From: an uncultured Gammaproteobacteria bacterium
Lineage (GTDB): Bacteria > Patescibacteriota > Microgenomatia > UBA10105 > UBA927
NCBI GenBank assembly: GCA_964596355.1
Contig: CAZQTD010000001.1
Coordinates: forward strand, 68,446 to 132,445
Length of the DNA: 64,000 nt
Direction: 5' to 3'
The notes below the pieces were generated by a model, which saw only the letters and a program-made list of their open reading frames with translations, made no database searches and was not told the origin of the DNA. Positions 39,664 through 48,755 of this stretch are shown here, piece after piece. Within the stretch, counting starts at the first letter, position 1; each line of letters begins with the position of its first letter. The translations under genes were made by a program, and so were the position numbers.

Positions 39664-40533
39664 ATTTTCTGACGACCGTCTCCATATTGACACTTATCTT
39701 TTGAATGCTGTACAGTGAAGGCGATGGGGAAACGAGGGGCGACAAAACAAGTCAGCCGCGCAGTGCTGGCGCTGACCGATGGGCTATTTTCTCACATGGT
39801 GGATGTTGCGTTGTGGTTTGCTGTGTATATGGCGGAGTTGAGCGTTCCATTTAAAATGTATGGAAACGCATGGCGAGCGCAAGCAACTGCAGACCGTGTT
39901 CTTGACCATGTCAATTATCAGGCATTAAAGCGTGCGATTAAAGAAGCGCGCAAGAAAGGATGGCTTAAAAAGGCAAATCGCAGAGGCGCGCCGCCGGAGA
40001 TAACAGCAGCAGGAAAACGTCGGCTTATTCGGATCGTGCCAACGTACGATGAGAAAAGGGTATGGGATGGGCGGATGCACTTGATTACTTATGACATTCC
40101 TGAAAAACGACGGAAGGAGCGCGGAGTATTACGGGAGTATTTGCAGCGGATTGGATGCGGTAGGCTTCAGGATTCTGTATGGATGACCCCGTATAATCCG
40201 ATAGACACCATTCGGAGGTTTATTACTGAACGAAATCTTGGCGGGACGATTCTCATATCTGATCTTGGGAAAGACGGATCGATAGGAGAAGAGGATCTGG
40301 GCTCTTTGATCGTTAGCGTGTATAAGCTCGATGCGCTCAATGACCGGTATATCGAATGGCTTGATGATATCGACGATACAGGCGTCACCCACTGGTCAGT
40401 GATGCGGTATCTTTCTATCTTACGTGATGATCCGCAGCTTCCTTTTGCCCTGCTTCCAAAGTGGTGGAAAGGAGATCAAGCCTATCAGCGTGTTAAAGAG
40501 CGGCTTGGGAAGGTGTCGATTTTCTGACGACCG
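39664..40533 (+). repeat. 15-bp direct repeat flanking the PaaX-like gene
   Basis: ATTTTCTGACGACCG at 39664-39678 and 40519-40533. Confidence 0.85.
39715..40527 (+). CDS. PaaX-family regulator (wHTH, Cas2-like central domain, PaaX_C)
   Basis: WDGRMHLITYDIPE..R..R..L...G...LQDSVW, DPQLP..LLP..W.G. Confidence 0.85.
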   Translation: MKAMGKRGATKQVSRAVLALTDGLFSHMVDVALWFAVYMAELSVPFKMYGNAWRAQATADRVLDHVNYQALKRAIKEARKKGWLKKANRRGAPPEITAAGKRRLIRIVPTYDEKRVWDGRMHLITYDIPEKRRKERGVLREYLQRIGCGRLQDSVWMTPYNPIDTIRRFITERNLGGTILISDLGKDGSIGEEDLGSLIVSVYKLDALNDRYIEWLDDIDDTGVTHWSVMRYLSILRDDPQLPFALLPKWWKGDQAYQRVKERLGKVSIF

Positions 40534-40794
40534 GAACCACAAAATCCTCTTTGTCTATGTTTCACACCACACCTCCTTATCAATCTTTATTCTTTATTAT
40601 CTGATCAGAAGTGGTGTTTTGCATGAGAGCGAACCGATGGGTCTTTTGTACGAGCAGCCTTACTCTGTTTCCATAGCCTTACTCTGTTTGCGCCTCAAGC
40701 GCGCGAGCGATACTTTTGCCTACAGCAACGCTCTTTATAGCTCGTTACCTTCCCACCTTCAATGTTCCCTTCATGCGGGTTATTTCTTCATCGT

Positions 40795-41293
40795 TCAAAA
40801 TGTCCCATCCTTGAGATATTTGGCAACATGCGTGCGGCGCGCTTCCATGTCCATACCTTCTGTTTTTTGTGGCATCTTTAGTTCGTCTGTTGTGAGATAG
40901 TGTAAATCATACTCGTCGAAACCATATCCATCTTCTTCTTCTTCTTCTTCTTCGATGGTTAGCTTTCTTGACTGGCCATCAATGCCATCGTCGATCAACC
41001 TGCGAAGCGCGACCAAATGGTGCATGGGACTGGAAGAACCTGCAGGCGATGGAAAGCATAAATGCAAGAGCAGAGCTCTTTTTTTTTACCTTGCTTTCCC
41101 AAGTGCCAGTACAGGGGACACTGACAGCCTTAACCTCATTTCTATCAAAAGAAAATATGGTGCGGCCGATCCGGCTGTTTTCCCCCTGGTGATACATTGG
41201 GATAAAAGAGACATAATGAACGCCCCCCCAACGTGCATGTACTTGGGCCTGTTTGATCAAGAAGATCATCGATCGCGGCGTTTCTTGACTCAT
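40795..41293 (-). pseudogene. Probable frameshifted/degraded hypothetical gene
   Basis: Two overlapping ORFs (41293-40979 and 41067-40795) joinable at an A9 run (41079-41087). Confidence 0.3.
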
Positions 41294-41357
41294 GCGTGCA
41301 GGGGATAAAGCGGAACGTGTCGCATTGACGCGGGCTTTGGAAGTGGAAGGTTATTGC

Positions 41358-42791
41358 TTACTCCTCCTTCGGGGCGGGTTCACTAGATGTTTGCGTATCC
41401 TCCGGAGGCGTGGAGACTTCTGGGGGTGTGGAGACGCCCATCCCGCTTATTGCCTTTTCCATCATCGGTACAATGCCGCTGCGATACATAACCGGATACT
41501 GGCGCGGGCTTGATAAAACGATAATCGCGACAGCAACAAGCGCTATAGTGAGCCACACAACAGTGAGCCCTGCAGTTCCCAAACCGTATCCCGCGCCGCG
41601 CTTCAGCCCCATAAAGAGGCTTGGGGCGATGAGGAATAATCCGTAGACGCCCAGCGATACGATGACGATAAACGCCGTGACGAGCATCTGGCTTTCATAA
41701 GGAACTACCTGTGAAAGCGAGCGCATGATGATGACGAGCCCCACCGTGAACGCGACGATGACGAATGCAGAAACGAAACTTAGACCGAACGCGAGGAGCA
41801 CGTTTTGTGCCTTGGTGTCCACTGCTGGCTCTTGTTTTGGAGGTGCGCCGCCGTCCTTTACCAGCGTACGGATGATCAAAAACAGGAGGGCTGAGACAAC
41901 AATCAATGCCGCGCCGCCGCCGGCAAGCTCTGTGCCGTAGAGTTTGAGGATCGAATCCGCGTACGCACCTTTCGTGGTGTAGGAGTCAAGCGGCTGGAGG
42001 TTGGTTGCGGTTTTGACGATCTCTCCCTGACCGACCTCTTGGTAAAACCGGTCAATCTGCGCGCTGGCAACCGGCGCTGCCATCGCATCAGCGGCTTTGA
42101 GCGCCATGTTGGCTTCTTCTATGCGGTAGTTCACGCTTCCTTTCACGCCGCGAAGAACCAAGTCCGAATCCGTGCGGATGCCGATCTGAACGTGTTCAAT
42201 CGGCGCGTCGACTTTGAGCGTTTCAAACGTATAGGTGCGCGCGCCAACGATGGTTTTTTTGGTATAGCCTGACGCGCGAAAAGAAAGGAGAATGCTTGCC
42301 GATGCGTTGGGTTTAACGGTTTTTGGGAGAGCAATGGTCAGCGTATCGGTTTTCATTGTCGTTGCCGCCTTTTGGTACTTGGCGGTGCCGTCCCAGATAT
42401 ACAAGTAGTTTGGCTCTTCGTACCGGTCACACACCGGGCTTCGAGATTCCGCCACAAGCGGCTTGTAGCTTACGCAGCGCGGTTCTTTGATGACCTGGTA
42501 GACAACCAAATCTCGGGGCTCCACGCGCGGAACGCGCAAAACAAGCTCGCGCAGGGGCGTTTCTTCGGTATTGGTGAAGATAATGCGCGCGTGTACGACG
42601 GCTTCACCATTGCCGCGAAACGTGACGGTGTAGGCGTGGTTTTGACCAAAGAGCTGGGTGGGATCGCCCGGATAGATCATCATTTCCGAGCGCTTGCCGA
42701 CCGTCTCGTCAATCGTTTGGGCATTGGTGACGGCAGTAGAGACGAACAAGAGAAAAAGGACAGTAACGAGGCTCGCAAGTTTTTTCATCAT
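41358..42791 (-). CDS. Hypothetical protein: signal peptide, extracellular domain, about 4 C-terminal TM
   Basis: Long ORF with MMKKL signal and GQNHAYTVTFRGNGEA motif. Confidence 0.8.
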   Translation of the reverse strand: MMKKLASLVTVLFLLFVSTAVTNAQTIDETVGKRSEMMIYPGDPTQLFGQNHAYTVTFRGNGEAVVHARIIFTNTEETPLRELVLRVPRVEPRDLVVYQVIKEPRCVSYKPLVAESRSPVCDRYEEPNYLYIWDGTAKYQKAATTMKTDTLTIALPKTVKPNASASILLSFRASGYTKKTIVGARTYTFETLKVDAPIEHVQIGIRTDSDLVLRGVKGSVNYRIEEANMALKAADAMAAPVASAQIDRFYQEVGQGEIVKTATNLQPLDSYTTKGAYADSILKLYGTELAGGGAALIVVSALLFLIIRTLVKDGGAPPKQEPAVDTKAQNVLLAFGLSFVSAFVIVAFTVGLVIIMRSLSQVVPYESQMLVTAFIVIVSLGVYGLFLIAPSLFMGLKRGAGYGLGTAGLTVVWLTIALVAVAIIVLSSPRQYPVMYRSGIVPMMEKAISGMGVSTPPEVSTPPEDTQTSSEPAPKEE

Positions 42792-43130
42792 GTAAACGTA
42801 GTGTACACTACGAAAGTCCATTGCTGTCAACCAGTGTGACGCGCGGGTCGTGCCGTGTTTACTATTATTTGCGCCCAGTCGTAACAAAATTTCCTAAGAT
42901 CCCGGCTCGCAGGGTTATCATCATGCGTGCCTCTTCTTGTTTATCTGGCTCGCGTCATCCACCGCATAAGCTGGTGGGTTCCGCGTTCATTGCTCGAGCC
43001 TTCTGGAGTTTAGCTCGGGTGGGATCTACGGAAATTTTATTCTGCCCGCGTGCTTCTCTGTCATAGTGCTTATCTACCAACAGATACATATACAGGTATA
43101 CGTCCGTAATGTGTGTTACAATTTGAAAAC

Positions 43131-43943
43131 ATGAAAAAGGCAGTCAAGCCGGCGCCGCCGAAACCCGGTACGCGGTTTGAGTCATTTACCAAGCCCACAA
43201 CAGAATTTACTAAGGCGCTTGCCGAAGAAATCGTCAAAGGATTGACGAGCTTTGGCAGGTTTACCGCGCGGCCGTTTACCCGCCCTCCGGTCGAAGTGCC
43301 CAGCGAGCCTGCGGGCGTTCCCAAAAAACCGTTTGACCCCGGAGAGCACCCGATCGTTGTGGACACAAGCGCGCTTATTGACGCGCGGATTTTGCCTATC
43401 GTCAACAGCGGATTTTTAAGCGGCACGCTTATCATCCCTGAATTTGTCTTGGGCGAAGTCCAGCACATCGCAGACAGCGCCGATTCGCTTCGGCGCGCCA
43501 AAGGCAGGCGGGGACTGGATATTGCCGGCAAAATACGCACGCAAAAGGCCAACAGCCTCGTTAAGACGGTTGTCGTTTCTGAAGATCCGCAGGACATAAA
43601 CGAAGTGGACCATAAGCTTGTGGCGCTTGCCAAGCGGTGGCATGCGCGGCTTTTAACCGTAGATTTTGCCTTGGGACACCTTGCACGCGCTCACGGCGTG
43701 TGGGTCATCAACGTGACCGATCTTGCGCAGGCACTGAAAGCGTCGCTTATGCCGGGCGAAGAACTCACAATCAAAATTGCCCATGCAGGCAAAGAGCGGG
43801 AGCAGGGCGTTGGATACCTTGGCGACGGCACGATGGTTATTGTCGATAACGCAAAAGATAAAGTAGGTCAGGAACTCATTGCTGTGGTTACTAAAATCCA
43901 CCAAACCCCCGCGGGTCAGCTGTTTTTCGCGAGACTGAAGTAA
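43131..43943 (+). CDS. PIN/TRAM domain protein (YacL-like, lacking N-terminal TM helices)
   Basis: VDTSALIDARI, RGLD, VDHKL, GKEREQGVGYLGDGTMVIVD, QTPAGQLFFA. Confidence 0.9.
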   Translation: MKKAVKPAPPKPGTRFESFTKPTTEFTKALAEEIVKGLTSFGRFTARPFTRPPVEVPSEPAGVPKKPFDPGEHPIVVDTSALIDARILPIVNSGFLSGTLIIPEFVLGEVQHIADSADSLRRAKGRRGLDIAGKIRTQKANSLVKTVVVSEDPQDINEVDHKLVALAKRWHARLLTVDFALGHLARAHGVWVINVTDLAQALKASLMPGEELTIKIAHAGKEREQGVGYLGDGTMVIVDNAKDKVGQELIAVVTKIHQTPAGQLFFARLK

Positions 43944-43994
43944 CGCTCTCCTGCGTCCACACGAATGTCGAGGACGGCACACGTTATCCTAAAC

Positions 43995-44003
43995 TTATCC
44001 ACA
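43995..44003 (+). promoter_or_regulatory. Perfect DnaA box
   Basis: TTATCCACA, with weaker TTATCC half-sites nearby and an AT-rich tract. Confidence 0.4.
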
Positions 44004-44136
44004 AAATAATTTGTAAAAGTTTTTGGCGCGCCATAAAGGGATAAATAGTAATTAAAAAACTATAAGTCTATGTTTTTTTTCATATGAAAATCCTATGGGA
44101 CTTGACAAACAGCGTTGGACGGTGTTTGATAGATAT

Positions 44137-44340
44137 GTGATACGGCTACTGCTAGAAACATTTGGGCTCTCTTCCGCAAACGGCGGAGAAGAGAAGGGTT
44201 TCGCACATTTTTTGGGCAAGAGGCGCGAAAAGCGGGAATCGCCGCTTGCGGCCGAACGCAAACGCTACAGTCGCGAGGTAGGCGATCAGCTTGCGGCACT
44301 TACAAAGAAGGGGCTGCATATCCCCGTATTTACGCTGTAA
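44137..44340 (+). CDS. Small hypothetical protein (about 67 aa)
   Basis: TTGACA upstream, GTG start, terminator right after the stop. Confidence 0.5.
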   Translation: MIRLLLETFGLSSANGGEEKGFAHFLGKRREKRESPLAAERKRYSREVGDQLAALTKKGLHIPVFTL

Positions 44341-44351
44341 AAGACATTGGG

Positions 44352-44387
44352 CACAAAAAGATCCAGCCGACGCTGGATTTTTTTGTG
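44352..44387. terminator. Bidirectional intrinsic terminator
   Basis: AAAAAGATCCAGC-CGAC-GCTGGATTTTTTT. Confidence 0.85.
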
Positions 44388-44558
44388 GGAAACTGTTTGA
44401 GGCGAAACCCTTCGTGAGGTTATGTCCTGAATGGGAAGTTGATCGCCTGCCCAACAATCAACTCCCCATTCAGCACACGTCTCGTCAACGGCACAACACT
44501 CAAGCCTATTATCGTCCGCACACCAATGCTACTCGATTATTGATAGAAAGATTGTTTC
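44353..44558 (-). ncRNA. Candidate ~200-nt rod-like ncRNA (6S-like?)
   Basis: Minus-strand TTGACA(44593-44588)-17-TACAAT(44570-44565); long stem CTGAATGGGGAGTTGATTG/CGATCAACTTCCCATTCAG; ends at the terminator. Confidence 0.5.
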
Positions 44559-44714
44559 GTTGGGATTGTATATCGCAACATGCGGCTTGTCAAATGGTTC
44601 CGTGCGACCGCTTTTCAGGGAGATGATTTTATCGCGTCACAACAATCTAAAGAAAACAAGTTGGCTTCGACAAAAAAGTTGACAGAAAAATCAGAGGTCT
44701 GTTAGTGTAGGAAG

Positions 44715-44820
44715 TTAGGCATCGTTCTTTTTGCCCAATGAGGACGCTGCCAACATTAAAAGGCATTACTACTCGTAGCGAGACCCAAACCCAAAGCTAG
44801 CGGTAGTGATGCTTTTTTTT
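44715..44820 (+). ncRNA. Candidate ~105-nt two-hairpin sRNA
   Basis: TTGACA(44679) plus TGnTAGTGT promoter; hairpins TAGGCATCGTTCT/AGGACGCTGCCAA and GCATTACTAC/GGTAGTGATGC followed by T-run. Confidence 0.45.
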
Positions 44821-44837
44821 CGTGAACAAGCGTTTTG

Positions 44838-46481
44838 TTACGGGCAGATTGTTTCTGTTGCAAAAATTGCCGAGCGCCTGTCAGAAGAAACAAACGCCGG
44901 CTGGTATGTCGCAAGGTAGTACGAAAGATCGATCCGCGGCAAATTAGAATCGCCCTGCACGTCTTTCACCGTGATAAACGAGATGTTATACCGCGCAAGG
45001 AGCGGACAGATGACGCTCGTGTCGCGGCTTTCATACATGGTGTTCATCACAGGCATTCTGTTTTCGCGGTATCCCGCGCTCCAGGGAAAGTACGGCCAGC
45101 CCAGAAAAATCCGTCGTCCCGCAATGGAAGCGGGATGATACAGATACTGGTGGTTGAGAAAAATAGCGCCCGGATCCGTGTTGCGGGCGATCCAAGTCGC
45201 TGCCTCATCGGCGGCCACATCCGGCACTCGTCCACGCGTGTCGTTAAATACAACGAAAAAATCGATGAGGCCGCTTAGTGTGAGCGCGCCCACAAGGCTA
45301 AGCGCGGTAACCGCCTGAAGAAGCAGCCTCAATGGCCTCATGGGTACGCGGCTCCACTGGTGAAGAATCCACACAATGGCGTATGCAGAAAGCATGGCGC
45401 CCAGAATCATCATGAAGTTAAAGAATTTGTGGTTCGCGGTAACTTCTACAGAGAACTTAAAGAGGTTGGGGATCAGAAACAGGGGGATAAGAGGGAGGAA
45501 AAGCCTTTTGGTTTTGAGCGGGACAAGGAGGAATCCGATCGGGACAAGGATCGCATGGAGGCCAAGATTGTAGAACCAGTGGGTAACGAATGCGGAAACG
45601 GTCAGCTCATTATGGAGAATGTACCCGGGGTGCCACTCAAACGCTTGTGCGCTGCCTTCTGGCATCGTAAGGATTTGTGGGAGAATCAGAAGCAATCCCA
45701 GAGCGCCAGTTGCTACAAGAAACCATCGAAGGCGCGGAAAACCAAGGAAATATACTGCCATGATGATTGCAGTGATAAGAAGCGTAGGCTGGTGGAAATA
45801 CGGGAGGATGCCCATGGCGATGCCCCAGAGGACTGCCCATGGGAGCTGCGTGCGACGTGGTTTGCGCATGAGCGTTAGGCAGTGTAGGATAAACAGGAGA
45901 ACGAGCGCAAATGCGGCGGCCAAGTGACGCTGGTTCGTGTAGATATTCAGATTCCAAAACGCAGTCACCCAGCCTTCGCCCCACGGCGCAAACGCAGGGA
46001 ACTCGCGGGCGTTGATGATGTCCTGAATTGTGCGGGTCGAAAGCGGGTGGGTGTGGAAAAACCGCAGGAATGCAAGCGATCCGTTGAACAAAAAAAACAC
46101 GAGCGACAACAGGGCAACCGCGGGCTTCTTGAAAACTTGTAGGGCAAACAGATAGATGCCGGCAAGCAGCAAAAAGAATCCCAGCGCGCTGGGCACATTG
46201 AGCGCCCAATCAATGCGAACGCCGATACGCTCAAGCAAGCCCACGAGCATGTAAAAGAGGAAGTGATAGCGGATTGGCTCTCCTGGGAAGATGGGGTACT
46301 CGACCCCCCGGCCGTCGAAGAGCCGCGAGAGATTGTCTCCCATGGAGAAGGAGCGGATGAGCGGGATGTGCGCGCCAAAATCGCTCCAGAGCTTTAAGGC
46401 AATGGTGATGGACTGCCGTTTGGCGTCATATCCGAACGTGTGGAACATGAGGAAGAAAGAAAAGAGAAGCAGGAATGTCAT
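44838..46481 (-). CDS. Polytopic membrane protein (GT-C-like)
   Basis: WSD...H, YHFLF, NQRH, NHKFFN, about 12 TM, C-terminal YNISFI domain. Confidence 0.75.
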   Translation of the reverse strand: MTFLLLFSFFLMFHTFGYDAKRQSITIALKLWSDFGAHIPLIRSFSMGDNLSRLFDGRGVEYPIFPGEPIRYHFLFYMLVGLLERIGVRIDWALNVPSALGFFLLLAGIYLFALQVFKKPAVALLSLVFFLFNGSLAFLRFFHTHPLSTRTIQDIINAREFPAFAPWGEGWVTAFWNLNIYTNQRHLAAAFALVLLFILHCLTLMRKPRRTQLPWAVLWGIAMGILPYFHQPTLLITAIIMAVYFLGFPRLRWFLVATGALGLLLILPQILTMPEGSAQAFEWHPGYILHNELTVSAFVTHWFYNLGLHAILVPIGFLLVPLKTKRLFLPLIPLFLIPNLFKFSVEVTANHKFFNFMMILGAMLSAYAIVWILHQWSRVPMRPLRLLLQAVTALSLVGALTLSGLIDFFVVFNDTRGRVPDVAADEAATWIARNTDPGAIFLNHQYLYHPASIAGRRIFLGWPYFPWSAGYRENRMPVMNTMYESRDTSVICPLLARYNISFITVKDVQGDSNLPRIDLSYYLATYQPAFVSSDRRSAIFATETICP

Positions 46482-46840
46482 CCCGGCGGAAGCTGGGATC
46501 CATTGTTTTCGTATAACCTTACAAGATTTTTTCATACAAATCTAACCATTTTGGATTGGTCTTTTTGATTAACTCCATTTTCCAATTTCTTTTCCACCAT
46601 TTTAATTGTTTTTCTCTATGAAGAGCCTCTTTAATATCAGTATACATTTCGTAATATACAAGTCGATGCACATGATATTTTTTCGTAAAGCCGTCAACAA
46701 AACCGTATTTATGTTGGGTGACTCGTTTTGGAAGATTATTGGTGACACCGATATACAACGTTCCCCATGGCTTGTTTGCTAGGATATAGACAAAATAGTG
46801 TTTCAGCATGGTATGGATTCCGGCTCAAGGCCGGAATGAC
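46477..46840. mobile_element. GIY-YIG cassette bounded by inverted GTCAT-type REP palindromes
   Basis: GTCATCCCGGCGGAAGCTGGGATCCA (46477-46502) and TGGATTCCGGCTCAAGGCCGGAATGAC (46814-46840); AT-rich interior. Confidence 0.75.
46519..46809 (-). CDS. GIY-YIG nuclease family protein
   Basis: YFVYILA...TLYIGVT..L..R..QH, REKQLK.W.R.WK..LI...NP.W.DL. Confidence 0.93.
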   Translation of the reverse strand: MLKHYFVYILANKPWGTLYIGVTNNLPKRVTQHKYGFVDGFTKKYHVHRLVYYEMYTDIKEALHREKQLKWWKRNWKMELIKKTNPKWLDLYEKIL

Positions 46841-48132
46841 ATGAGAGACTGAGCGGCGCGTTTGCCCAGTTCGACCGCGTAGTTCGTGCCGCGGTCCCAC
46901 GGGTAGATGCTGTCGAGGTTTGCCAGATAGACGTTCGGGATTCGAGTTTCGAATTTCGCAGCGCGGGCACTGTAGTGGAGCTCGTGGACGGGCTGGGCGT
47001 ACAATCCAATAAACAAGCGGCAACTGCGCACATCAGACGCACGAAATGAAGGATTCAAGCGCTTGATATACGGGAGAAATGTCTTGAAAATCTGGGCCTT
47101 GGTCATCGCCAGATACGGGTGGCCGTCGGGCAGATAGTTGCCGAAGTAGGTGATGTGGCATCCGCCATAATACCTCGTGTCGATCATGTTGGTGTGGGCA
47201 ACGACGGCCAGGAACGGAAACGACCGGTCGGTGACGTTGAGCCAGTAGATGGAATGAAGGATCGGACTTCGAGTTTCGAGAATCAGCGTCTGCGCGTGGA
47301 GGTGGGGAATTTGAGTTGTGAGGTGTGAGTTGTGGGTCGCAAGTAGTTTTGCGGCGATGGGGGTGGGGACAGTGAGCAACACGGTATCAAAGAGGCCCTT
47401 TTTATGCCCCTGCGTCACTACCAGTTTTGTCGCCGTTTTTCTCAAGCGTTGTTGCGTTGTTGCGTTGTTGCGTTGAACAGAAGAAACAGAGGCATTGGTG
47501 TGAATTGTTCCCCCTCGGTTTTTTATTTCCTTAGCCAGCGTTTCGACCACGGTGTGGAACCCGCCCTCGATGTAGTAGAGGCGGGGTGTGCGCTTTTTAA
47601 TTCTGGCCCACAGCCATGAGGCGGCAACCGTTGGCGCAAAATCACCGAATTTTCCAATCATGAGTGGTTGCCATAGTGTCTGCCAGGCCCGTTTGCCACC
47701 TATTGAAGTAAAAAGTTGTTCAGCGGTTATGTTTTCCAGCGGCTGCCAGAAGGGATTGAGTTTCATCGCGGCGATAAGCGCGCCGGTGCGCAGGCGGTCA
47801 AACAAGGAAAGTAAGGGAAATTGCAAAAGGCGGATGGGCGAGTCGAGCTGGTAGAAAGCGCCGTTATAATAACTTGCCGTAATCGGCCGCGTAAGGAGGA
47901 GCGTATCGGTGAGGCCCAGTTCGTTGATAAGGCCGATGATCGCATGGTCGTTGGTGAACAGGTGGTGGTAGGCGTTTTCCAGATGCCAATCCCACCCGTT
48001 TTCCTTAAATCCGTGCGCCAGTCCACCCAACTGTGTATCGCGCTCAAACACGGTCACCTGATGACCCTTCTTGAGAAGCTCGTACGCCGCAGTAAGGCCG
48101 GTAAATCCTCCGCCGATAATTGCCACGTTCAT
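46825..48132 (-). CDS. FAD-dependent oxidoreductase (amine/protoporphyrinogen oxidase-like)
   Basis: IIGGGFTGLTAA, GGLA, YHHLF, YP.DRG.NYAV. Confidence 0.85.
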   Translation of the reverse strand: MNVAIIGGGFTGLTAAYELLKKGHQVTVFERDTQLGGLAHGFKENGWDWHLENAYHHLFTNDHAIIGLINELGLTDTLLLTRPITASYYNGAFYQLDSPIRLLQFPLLSLFDRLRTGALIAAMKLNPFWQPLENITAEQLFTSIGGKRAWQTLWQPLMIGKFGDFAPTVAASWLWARIKKRTPRLYYIEGGFHTVVETLAKEIKNRGGTIHTNASVSSVQRNNATTQQRLRKTATKLVVTQGHKKGLFDTVLLTVPTPIAAKLLATHNSHLTTQIPHLHAQTLILETRSPILHSIYWLNVTDRSFPFLAVVAHTNMIDTRYYGGCHITYFGNYLPDGHPYLAMTKAQIFKTFLPYIKRLNPSFRASDVRSCRLFIGLYAQPVHELHYSARAAKFETRIPNVYLANLDSIYPWDRGTNYAVELGKRAAQSLMSFRP

Positions 48133-48515
48133 GCATTGATTGTACCACGCGCGACGTGTCCGAAAAGCTCTCTTGTCTTTTTTCCCCGCGTTGTATATAC
48201 TAGCGATATCGTGATGCATATGGCCCTCATTATCAGCCTGATTGCCATCCTCTTTATTGAGGACCGGCTGGTGTGGGGGAGTTGCGAAGTAACCAAGGAA
48301 CCAAGGAACGAAATAAGTCCCCACACCAGGGGGTTTTTACGTGGAATCGTTGCTCTTTTGAGTCATCGAAAAAGAGCGTATGAGCCATGCATCCTCCCAA
48401 CGTCGCACTTCGAGCCGCGCTACGAACAGGAAGTAAGGCGAGAAGGAAGGCGGGGAGGATTGATGCGAGAGAGGTAAGGATTCTACGGAATGATGCAGAA
48501 ACGGAGGAGAATTGT

Positions 48516-48755
48516 ATGAGAAAAGGTCCGGAAAATGATGCCATTAACAGGCAGGAAGGAGGAAGCGGGCCGCAGCTGCCAGAACCTGCAGTGAGCTTAA
48601 CGCAGACGGGGGTTCCTGTTTTTTCAACTGACAAAGCCGCCATACGGCACAGAATAGTGACAGGCGGCGGCTCCGCATTTGTCCAAAATCCTGATGGATC
48701 AGCACGGTTACCAGTGGTTGATGGATATCCATATATTTACCCGGGATCAGAATAA
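48516..48755 (+). CDS. Possible small hypothetical protein
   Basis: MRKGPEND... with GGAGGAG upstream; no recognisable motif. Confidence 0.35.
   Translation: MRKGPENDAINRQEGGSGPQLPEPAVSLTQTGVPVFSTDKAAIRHRIVTGGGSAFVQNPDGSARLPVVDGYPYIYPGSE

Noticed and set aside
39715-40527. Cas2 / CRISPR locus
   Set aside because: The YDIPE...LQDSVW segment is the Cas2-like middle domain of a PaaX-type protein. There is no cas1 and no repeat-spacer array anywhere in the window.
44353-44820. SRP RNA, tmRNA or RNase P RNA
   Set aside because: The diagnostic motifs (SRP CAGG-GGAA-AGCA helix, tmRNA tRNA-like ends, RNase P GAGGAAAGTCC) are not present.
47821-48477. 218-aa + strand ORF
   Set aside because: It is half antisense to the oxidoreductase and half through an 8-bp repeat array, with no motif support.
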